Positions 50,601 to 61,800 of a stretch of DNA of 64,000 bases are shown one piece after another (the stretch's first letter is position 1; each line of letters starts with the position of its first letter). Origin of the DNA: Iphione sp. A-MEVVRFRX5. Its lineage: Eukaryota. Location of the stretch: assembly GCA_976226885.1 (NCBI GenBank), contig OZ320313.1:161262001-161326000 (forward strand). Reading direction: 5' to 3'. A program made the position numbers and the translations under genes. The notes beneath the pieces are model-generated. The model saw nothing but the letters and a program-made list of their open reading frames with translations. It made no database searches and was not told where the DNA came from.

Positions 50601-53600
50601 CACTGGTCTTCGTTTCTTTGGACAGAACTTACCAACAGAATCGAGTCATAGGCACTGGTATTGTCGTTACTATCCACATCAGGGAATCTTCGACTTCCGT
50701 TGAACGTGCTGAGGCCATTACCGGTATCATTCTCCGACACGCAAAACTAATCGAAATCGATACAATATCTTCGGTATCTGCCGCTGGACCAGAACTAATG
50801 TGTACTGGATTTAATTAGCCAATAGACAATCAATGGACAGTACCTGAGCGTCACCTAGCAATAGCCATGCTGCTTAAGTTGACAGCTTGCGTAGCTTAAC
50901 CGAGAAGTCGCTATACTTCACAGAGTATCTTATGCATGTACTTCACAGAGTATATCTTGAGCCAAACAGGTGATACCTATGTGGCAAGCGCAGGTCACCA
51001 TCATTGAAATAGCTAGACGGATGAGTGATTTGTCTTCCATGTGGTAATATATTGCACAATCACTCTGTATGTAATGAGGATTTTATGTAGTTCAACTTTA
51101 TTCTGAAATTTGTGATGACTGCCAGCTGACTGGATACTGCACAAATGTGTAAAAAAAACCCCAACGAATTGGAATTAATATTGAACTTATACATGTACAT
51201 GTACTTAGGTTGAGCGCATGGAACCTGATACCTTTGTGAACCTTTCTTTTTGACATCAACTGAACGCACAAGAGAAAAATTCCATTTGCTGCTACAAAGA
51301 CACACACACATACACACACGCTACACTTAGCCATCATGGATATAGCAGATTTGTTTCTGACTATCTATCGGTGACAGACTTTTAGAAATGACAAACTCGC
51401 CCTTGGAGGATTATTTTATCGATTTCACAAAAGGTGTTTTTTAATAGTTCAAAACATGTTGAACCATATATTTGTAGATGAATCTTACATACCAGGCCTG
51501 GAATACATGTAGATTGGCATTAGAACAAGACCTTGATGTTGTTTGGTATACATACGCACATTAGTTATACAGTTTTGGTTGAAAACCAGTCCAACTTGGC
51601 TAACGCCAGATAAACTTTTCCAAAGAAATTAGTTGAAAAATAAACAAAATCCGCACCGCCACCGTGGCCTATGCTGGGTGTCTTGATGTTGCCAGAGAAG
51701 ACATCACTTAACCAGAAGTCATATTGACTCCTGACGTAGAGCAATCAAATATTAAGCCCAGTCGGCTCCATGTTTCCCTACGGGACCCCCAACTTGGTGC
51801 TGCTTGGAAAGGTTACGTCTGTTTACCTGCAGCGAGAGAATAAATCCTTCACGGGACAAACAGAACACCTATCCAAAATGCACGAGTTTACAGTCATCCA
51901 GACCGTCTGCAATAACGTCTGTGGTTAGTTTCCAGAACGTCTGTGGTTAGTTTCCGGAACGTTTAAGGTGTGGCTTAGTAGTACGAATCCAGTAGCACTT
52001 TGTTTTCTAGCCAGTCTTGACTTTATTCTTCTCACGAGGATAATTCGGGTTGATGTGTATTTGACAGACTTTTCTCTACGAAACTCCGTACTAGCCGTGG
52101 TTTCCCCTGGTTTTGGTTGCAGATGGTGTCAAGAATCACATTAGGAAATAATTAAGTAAAAAGACCATTTCACACTTTAGCTGCATCGGAAATGGCACAA
52201 GAAACCAAGTACAGTGTATTGGAAAGAGCAATACATATGCATGCAAATAACACTATATGTACATATTATTGGCCCTCCACTTCCAAGAGGGTTCGAGGAC
52301 TCTAGGATGTACATGTACATATACATGTACTGCTGTCTGACTGACTGACTCTCCATCATGATCTGGTGCGTCTTATAACTATCAACCCATTCTGTTGAAT
52401 GGGCTTAATTTTTAAAGAATTCTTGCAGTATATAGACTCTTGCTCTTGTATGAATTTGATACCTTTTAATCTGATTTAATGGGAAAAAGAATAGAAAAAC
52501 TAGATAAGTATACAGCTATGACTAGACATGTTTACAGGTATGGAGATCATCCGAACGGGCGAAGTCATCCATGAAATGGCCATTCATTGAAATGGTACTT
52601 CAGGTAGAAACACATGTGAGTAGGAGGCTTGAATGTGAGAGGTGGGACAAAACATAAGAATTCCGCTATTTTTAGAGTCATTTTTGTATGCAAATATACC
52701 TTAAGCAGTTTGAACGCTTAGGGCCAAACTAATACGTAACCATTAGTCACCATAAGGTCACTTGTGTAACCACAGTGTTTCAGCCTGCATGAATAAAATC
52801 ATTAAGTTAAATGGTATGTAGCCCTAGTCGATATGGCCTATCTGTTTTAACACTAAGCAACACCCTGGTGATACAGAGCATTTACATAATGTACTTGAAG
52901 CAACATCGATGAGCCATCGTAGATAACAAAAATTGAGGAATCATTGGTCATTCCTGGGTCGACACATGCCATACTATTCCTGAGACCCTTTTGATAGTAA
53001 GTTATGAAATGTTTTCTGTGCAGGATCCATATATGGATAGGTCTGGGGAATACATTGAATTAGGAGTGGTTGGGGGGACCACAGGCAAAATTAAGAAACT
53101 AAACTCGCCACTCTTAGTAGTGTGTCTTAGATTTGCTGTAGAGACGTACATGTATATAGTTTCTGACTCCAAGGTTCAGAAATATACAAAGATAGTATAG
53201 AATGAGATTTCTATGAGTGTACATTTCGGAGCTTTAAGGGAGCGTTCCCTACTGCAAGTACGTTGAAATAAACATGCATCGATAGCTAGTTAGATGTACA
53301 GTGTGTATAGAACTAGTACATAAAAGGGTACCTGTAAAATACAAGCAATAATTCGTGATAAACCACACGTGGTGCGAGGGTATGTTTCCCACACTCCCTC
53401 AGCGATGTGCCTTCGCATGTACACCACGGGTCAGCTGTGCCGAAGTCACATTCGTAATGCCCCCAAAGGATGCCAGGGATGGCGTAATCCGCAGGGATCG
53501 GGAGGAGGCCCCAGATAGTCACGCATCCGAAGGAAATGCCAAGAACAACAGTAATTATATGGAACCCGTGTATTGTTCTCGCCTGTGAGAAAGTTAATTA

Positions 53601-56600
53601 GTCGTAATGAGCGTCTTTAATGCGGCAGGAGGAAATACTAAGGAACAACAATAGTTATGTGGAATATTGTTCTCGCCAGTGAGAACGTAAATTAGTCGTA
53701 ATGAGTATTGGACGTGGCAGGAGGAAATACCAAGGAACAGCAATAGTTATGTGGAATATTGTTCTCGCCAGTGAGAACGTAAATTAGTCGTAATGAGTAT
53801 TGGACGTGGCAGGAGGAAATACCAAGGAACAGCAATAGTTATGTGGAATATTGTTCTCGCCAGTGAGAACGTAAATTAGTCGTAATGAGTATTGGACGCG
53901 GCAGGAGGAAATACCAAGGAACAGCAATAGTTATGTGGAATATTGTTCTTGCTAGTGAGAAAGTAAATTAGTCGTTATGAGCATTGAACACAGCAGGAGG
54001 AAATACCAAGGAACAACAATAGTTATGTGGAATATTGTTCTCGCCAGTGAGAACGTCAATTGGTCGTTACGAGCGTGAACGTTCGACCTCTATTGATTTA
54101 CGCAAGAACAAACGCGGGTCGGGCCAAGAGCGAGGAGTATGCGTGTAGAAAACAATCATTAATTAGTCATCAGTCCGAGAGGTTAAGTAGTGGCTGCCCA
54201 TGGGAGCTTCTTTGCTTCCTAGCCCCGGGAAGAACACGGTATTTGGGGACGTGTACTAAACGTTCAATGTGTCAATTCGTGGACAGGGCTCGGAATACTG
54301 TAGGGAACAGATGGGCTGCTGGGTGTAGCCAATATATGGCGGCAGTGCCGAGATGGCGATTGATTATTAATGAGGCAACCTTTACTCCAGGATTTAGTTC
54401 GTTAAGCATGTTCCGCAGTTCGGTTCCACGATTGGTTTGGAGGTCAGCAATTGGGTTGCCGCACCAGTTGTTCTCGGATACTGATTGAAACACTCCTCTT
54501 CATTCACTTCTCCTACGTACCCACCTGCATCCTACATAACCTATGTGTGCAGACCTGCGTATAACTACATACGGAGTTACCTGCATGTCTGTGTATCTAC
54601 CAACGTATGTGTTCCCATATACATGTACACATGCACACGCATACTGATGGAACTTGTAAGCACACCCCATTTCGATTCCACCTGTCATAACCCTTCTTTT
54701 AGATAGAAAAGGGATGCCCCAAGTAGTATTGGGTTAAATTCGTAGTTTCTTGATGGATGTTGGATGCACGCAAAGCACCAATGGCTTTTCTGTATCCTCT
54801 ATTATCATCAATTCATCCGACGTCTGGCAGTTGTACAGTTATATATAAAATATGCACAGTCAGAAATGTGAATTACATATTTTCAGAAATACTGCATGGT
54901 CACTGCTCCATCTGCTGAGAATTGTGTCGGTCATATTTCATACGTAAATCTTGCGCGTTTACTTTTCTTTTACATCCAGTGTTCTAAACATCGTGAAATG
55001 AAAGAACGTACGTCTGTAGTGTGTGTACATGCGTGTGTACCCATTCTGAGTTTTCAACCTAGGGATATACTAGAATCCTGTTTTCAGTGTGGATCTTGCG
55101 TCTGACGTGTTCGTAGCTCTATTGATCTGAAGGTACATGTCATTTTCTTAGATGCTAACTTTCCTCTCCTCTATTTCAGCTGTGAAGGTAATGGAGCGCC
55201 CCGGATGCCCTGCGATGTGGGAACGGCCAACCCTGTCCAGGACGCCTCCAGCCAGTCCGCTTGCGTGGCCTGTACGGGGAAGGAGTATAGTGATGCGCAG
55301 GGCTCGGCCACATGCAAGGTCAGTCGAACAACGCAATAAACGTTCTAAATCTTATCATTCGCGGCTGGGAAAATATCAGCGAAGGAAGAACTTAAGAGAG
55401 TGTTACATCGTAGGCGCACGTGCCTTCCCTCTAAAACCTTTTTTTTTTTTTTTAAAGATTGGCTCGCTTTAGGGTTCTTTTGAGAACTGGCTTCATGATC
55501 TTGGTGTCTATCAACTACATATACAGTGTATATATATACATGTATATATATACATACATTTTTTAAACAGATGCTTAAGATACAAAAAGTCCAAGAGTTT
55601 TGCAGTATATTATTTCCATATCATATAAATGTTTTCTATTCCGCCGTGTTTTCAGGGCGTGTTCTGTATGGAACCTGTGGTTATTTACTGTGGTGTTATG
55701 TGATGAGCACGCTACACGCCGACACGCGAACATGTAAACTAGCCCATTGTCGGACTTTTACGCATCAGGCGGTGCTGGGGATCTATCCCCCACAGGGTGC
55801 CCGGTCAGTGCTATATTTGTCCACGTCGAGAGTGGCGCCCTGTTGCGGTGAATGGAGGCAGGCTCCATATACGGGGACCTATATGTTGCCATTGCGCAGG
55901 CGTGCTCAGTCCTGCTCGATTTTGAAACCGAATTATGGGCTGACGTATTGGGCAGATCCCAACCAACGTCACTGGCTAGCATAATCGCCCCAACCCCCTC
56001 CAACCCCTACCACCGCCCCCACCCCCGACCACTACCACCCCGCCACCACCATATCCGTACAAATCATTCTTTGATTTCCACATAACATTGCGTTAGGGCA
56101 AGGAAAGGCTTCCCTCAAACCATAGGGGAACATGAAAAGATTTGAAAGGCTGGGTTTTGCTGAGCTTTTACCAGTGAGGGTATTACGATTAGACCCTCTG
56201 ACTGTGGGTAATCGTGGCAGTGGTAGCTCGAGTCGAAGGGGTCTTGATTATTGTTATTCACCAAAACAGGATTTAATTCACACGGACATTTTCTGGGAGT
56301 GATATCGTTGATTTCATTCAATTCAATTCCGTTAAAAAAAAATCAAGTACTTCCTGTTGTCGCCATGAACATTGCAGTTTTCAGGACAAAGGTGACGAAT
56401 GAACTAATCGGCGAAACACGTTATACGGTTAAATAGGTACCCATGACGTATGTTTTCCACTCTACCAAAGCCAGCACAATGGTGTGTCAGTGGTAAAGGG
56501 TAAAAAATATGCCATTGCTACCTGTTTCACCGATTGTTGTTGCATCAGTCTGACGTTGTTTACGTGTTTCGATGATTGCTTCATTACATATTAGACCTGA

Positions 56601-58648
56601 CCAAAAAAAAAACCGGATCAAATGTTCCACAACTAGTTGGTATTTCAGTTACATTATTGGAAAAACACATTTACTCTATTCAGTCAGACACATTAAAGAC
56701 ACGAATAGGTGACAATAGAATTAATCACATAATGCATAGTTTTTATATATGCCAGAAGGGTGTGGGTTGTAGTGGATGAGAAATGATAATGAGGCTGTAA
56801 ATTTTCCAGGTACATGTACATTGGATATCATTGATGTATCATTTATATTATTTATATTACCCATTTGCACATTAGCAGTAAATCGCCTCTATCAGTAAAA
56901 TCTCTTACCAATGAATTCAAATTGGTAGACCTAGTCTTTATATTTTCTACTCAGTCATGGGAGAGATATTCAAAGGAAAATTCTGACCCTCCTCCTAAGC
57001 TTGTTACACTACCTATATAAAACGTTGCCCGAAAGTAGTCCGGCCATGGGGGCTGACATATGTGGCCCTACTTTCTATACAGAGTGGTGTATTCCTACCC
57101 CTCTGTTCAGTCAAGCAGAACCGAGGGTTGTAAAAGGCACGATGAGTCTTTACTTTGATCTCCCCCCCGTTTCTCTAACACCCCCCAAAAAACTACATGT
57201 ACACACTCTTACCAACCAATGCAGGTTGCGAAGGAGGTTGTGGGTCTTAAAAATGGAAAACTATTGCTTCAAATAAGCTGATTTTTAAATATACTACTTT
57301 TCCATATGGACCCATGCAACCGGTTAATTTCAGTGTCATTTCAAGTAATCTTATCATATATGTTTCAATATGTGAATGATAGCTGTCGCTGTTATACATG
57401 TAGTGTGCTCACCTAAACAGAACTAAGCAGAACCAGGTACGATTGAATAGCTGACAGGGGGACTGTAGACCCCCTCCCCCTCCTCTCCTCCCCCCGTTAA
57501 CTTCCTTGTTAGTGGGGGGGGGGGGGGCTAGAATCACTGCTGTCTGACCGTGCCAGCCTCCACCAGGACCTCTTATAACTTGCAAATCACTAAATCAAAT
57601 AGACCGATTTTTTGGAATCATCTTGGCTGTGTGGATTCTTCTGACTGTGTTATTTATGTAAAAAGTATGCTATAGACTGCTCAACCAAGCAAAACAAATT
57701 AGTTCCACTTGACTGAACAGCAGGTGAAGAAGAGCGGACCTCACATATCCTTGTCTTAAGTAAGTTTACTCATTTGATATTTCTTGATATATGGATGCTT
57801 TACAGTATGTCTGTCCTCTGAAGACTTTAGCTAGACATCATTTCGTCCACAGAATCACAGCTACGTAAAATCCCCATGATTGGTGTTTTTCTTAAACTCC
57901 CTCTGCTTTCGTATCATCAGCAACGGCAGAATATGGCAAAACCGGACCATCAGGAATAGGAAAACGGATAGTTTTCAAGGGCTTGAACTATTAAATGCAT
58001 ACACCGTGGAGGTACATGTATTATCACACTCCCGTGTGGAAATAAATGCATATTCAGGGATAGTAACTCTGAGCTAAATTGTGACCAATATTAGTGAGGC
58101 TTGATGCTATACTTGAAACACGTGTTATGAACACTGATGCCCAATAGAGCACATTTCCTATAAGCAGGTTAGTAAACAAGCAAATACGGTACACAGAGGA
58201 TTATACACTCAAATCTATAAATCTGTGTATATATATATTCATGTATATTCCATGTGCCAAAGGATTACATTCGATCTTATGAGGGTTGAATAGGTCTGAG
58301 TAAGCACAGCTCCGGCTGAAGCCCAGCCATTGGCTGAGGTCGGTATGCTTTTTAAGAAAGAAATATGAAAAAAGTAATACCTCTCTAAAACGTTTCCCCT
58401 TCTGACTTGCCTTATGAATTACCATATGGCAATAATTCTAATACATGTATCTCCTAAACTGATAATATGGTAGACGCGAATAGTTAATTGAAGTTGGAAC
58501 AAAACTGCAGATGATTAATACAACGGACAATATTATTGATCTTTATAGAAGTTCGATGTCAGGCCCATAGCCAAGGGAGTATCGGGGGGTATTGTCTGAT
58601 ACCCCGCAGAAAAGCCAGGAATTAGACCTCTCTAGGCCTATAGCCAAG

Positions 58649-58718
<70 letters not shown>

Positions 58719-58809
58719 AAGGAGAGGAAGGAAGACCTCTCTAAACAGGAGTTTCACCTTTCTAGGCCTATATAGCCAAGAGAGTGTATCATCAGAAAGA
58801 GGGAGGGAG

Positions 58810-58869
<60 letters not shown>

Positions 58870-61800
58870 TTGGACATAGAGAGAGAGAGGAAGGAAGACC
58901 TCTTTAACCAGGAGTTCCACCTCCCTAGCTAAGAGTCCCACCTCTCTAATTTGAGATAACCCCACAAGACTTCCTGGTTACGGGCCTGCATGTGGCCACC
59001 ATGATAAAAATTTCCCCTACACATGTATCCTTATCACCCTGATCGCCATGATTTCACATAGAGAGCAGATTGTCTCATTAATTGCTAGTATATCGTATCA
59101 GTACTGAAATGTTTCAACGGTGTTACTTATTATCCTAACGATATTATATATAACGAGATGTGTCATTATGAGATTTGCTTGTATGATATATCGCAGCAGC
59201 ATGATGACCTTCCCTCTGTGCCAACCAGTTGTCCTTTGTTAGGAAACAGGTTTTACATAATAGACCGCGGCATTTCGTGTTTGAAGCAGAACCGTCCACG
59301 GATTAGCAATGCAAATGCCATACACATGTATTTACATATGTTTTTTTCATGTTTGCTTTGCTCATATATAGCAGATGATCCTCACTTCAAATGCATACAG
59401 CATTTCCTCTGAAATTTCACAACGACATGAATGTGGTTTCGCAACAATGTCATACTGTGCCTGTTGCTAATGTACAAGGATCTACAGGGCCATTCAGATC
59501 GACGCAGGCGTTTAAATGCTCAAACCAATATTTTCACCCAGCCAAGGCGGGTTCAATAGGTGCTGTAGTGTCTGGAGTAGCCAGAACATCTTGAAGTCCC
59601 ACCCTCCCCCTCCTCCCATCCCCTCCCACCCGTCACCCCCTCCCGCCACTGCCTACGCCGGACTATTGGGTGGGGGGGGTGAGGGGTCGCGGTTTTTGGC
59701 GGTTCACCTGTGAGATCCTCCCACGTCGATCCCCCCCGCCCCCCCCCCCCCCAGCCCCTCGTACTTCCTCCACTGCTAACCGCCGGCAGCACCTGTATAG
59801 CACCGACGGTCAACATGCCCCTGCCCGGCCGGCGGGCCCCGGTCACCGTCCGCGCGCGCGTGTTGCGATAAACACGGGGCGTGTATTTTGGCAACAGGCG
59901 AGCGCCCGCGCGCTCGTCTAACGTCACTTCGACCGTGGCCGCCTGGCTTAAATGAATTCCTTCGTAATTAAGTTTTGCATTTGTTATATACTCCAGACCC
60001 CTAACGCCCTCTCCTCCCCGGATCATCGCCGCCTGCAACTGTCAGTTAGAAACCAAAGTCGAATTACATGTAAATGTTTGCTGAATCGACGCACGCAGTA
60101 GACGTGTACTCTCTGTGATGTGTGGGTTTAGTGTGGAGAATAGTTGCTTCCTTGCACGTTTTCTTTCCAAATTCGCATATTAATGGCTGATATGTACCCA
60201 AGCGATGTGAATAACAGCATTCGATATAGCAGGTTTCCACAAGTCGCTTTGGATTTTCTTTTCAGCCGTTCTTCATTCAAAGCTACTTCTTTTAAAGCTG
60301 GCTTATAGTTAAGCCCTTGGCTTTACTTCAATTCTCTAAATAAATGTCCCTTATCTATTCTTCATTCAACTGCCAAGCCATCATTATTACTCATAGATAA
60401 GAACTAATATTGTGCAAAATATAATTTCTATTGAGTACATGTACATGTGAGTACATCATTTTATAATGAACCCTTTGAAATGACCCCCTTTTAGGGCCAT
60501 CTCTCTTTCTCAGGAACACAACGTGACCTTTCAGCGTGGTATTGCCGCACGTGGAGAATATTGTTTCGACCTTGACCCCGTTAGGCTTAAGCATACTTCC
60601 ACATTTATCTCACATAAAGTGTGCATTTGGGTACATACTACCCCCAACCAGTGGGTTCCAGTTTTGAGCTCCTTCAGTCTTTTCGCTCCACATGGCTTCT
60701 GAGTGGTGCCGCATGTTTGCCCCTGTGGCGCTGGCTGAAACGGTCATGTTGAAATCACACTGTCATCCCCGGACCCTTTGGGCTGCAGACCGGGCTGCCT
60801 CCTGGGTCCCTACCAAGGAGGCCTCTCCACTGCTGTACGCTTTGCTCCTCGTCTTGTAGAGTGTTTCTTCAAGAAGTACAACCGTGGTACTGTTGATAAT
60901 ATCCAGAGGAAATGTATATTTATTATGGAGACTTAGTTTTAGCAAATCACAATTGAATATATATATAACTCTTTTGATCTTGTTTTTCCTTTTCTTTCTT
61001 CTGTATAATACAACCACAGATACATGTACACATTTCCTACGTCCCCTATCAAGAGGTCAGAGAATGATACGAGGTGATACGAAAATAATATATGGAAATT
61101 AAAAGATGAAAAAGCCTCCCACGAATATTTACCTTTGCACTTCACCTTCAAAGACTGATCGCCGCTCTGAGAAATTCTCCGTGTAAAATTATTGATTTAA
61201 AGTCGTTTTGAGGGGGGGGGGGCGAAAATGATCGGACGCAAAACCGAATCCATCAGAAAGAAAAGTTACACGTCCTTCACATTTCAAACTGCCGGCCCGA
61301 AACTTCCAGTGACGCAAAGTGAAAAGCATTCACTCCCGATGCTTCACTTGTGCTTCTCCTGGATTAGGCTCTGTTCACATGCATCCTGACAAAAAATCTG
61401 CACCCATACACAGGTGCGGACTTAACCCCCTGTAGAGGAGGCTGTAAATTGGTTACATATGGGTAGCACATGTTTTTTTAACATTACTTTCTATGGGAAT
61501 CCACGTCTGGGTCTGGATTTTTTTCCCATGTTTTATGGATAAAAATCCGCACCCATGTGCAGACATGGAAAATCTGTTTGTATGTGAATGCTAGAAAAGA
61601 TTGGAGTGGGTTCGAAAAAAATCCGCGTTGTGTGTGGAAGCGGAACGGAAAAATCTGGTTATATATGAACAACCCCTTAGGTGTAGAAAATTGCAGCGCT
61701 CACATACGTCAATCAGAGAACAATGCATTCTGCTTTCCGAGACAGATCTTGTATAGTGATCGGTGTCGATGAGCCATCATATTAATTTTGTGATTTAATT

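Noticed and set aside
31670-54080. CRISPR-like arrays (31, about 52 and 92 bp repeats)
   Set aside because: Head-to-tail tandem units without unique spacers, eukaryotic context, no cas genes.
55796-55984. Extra exon of the Cys-rich gene
   Set aside because: No Cys-repeat pattern in any frame; exon 55180-55318 joins 63854 directly in phase 0.
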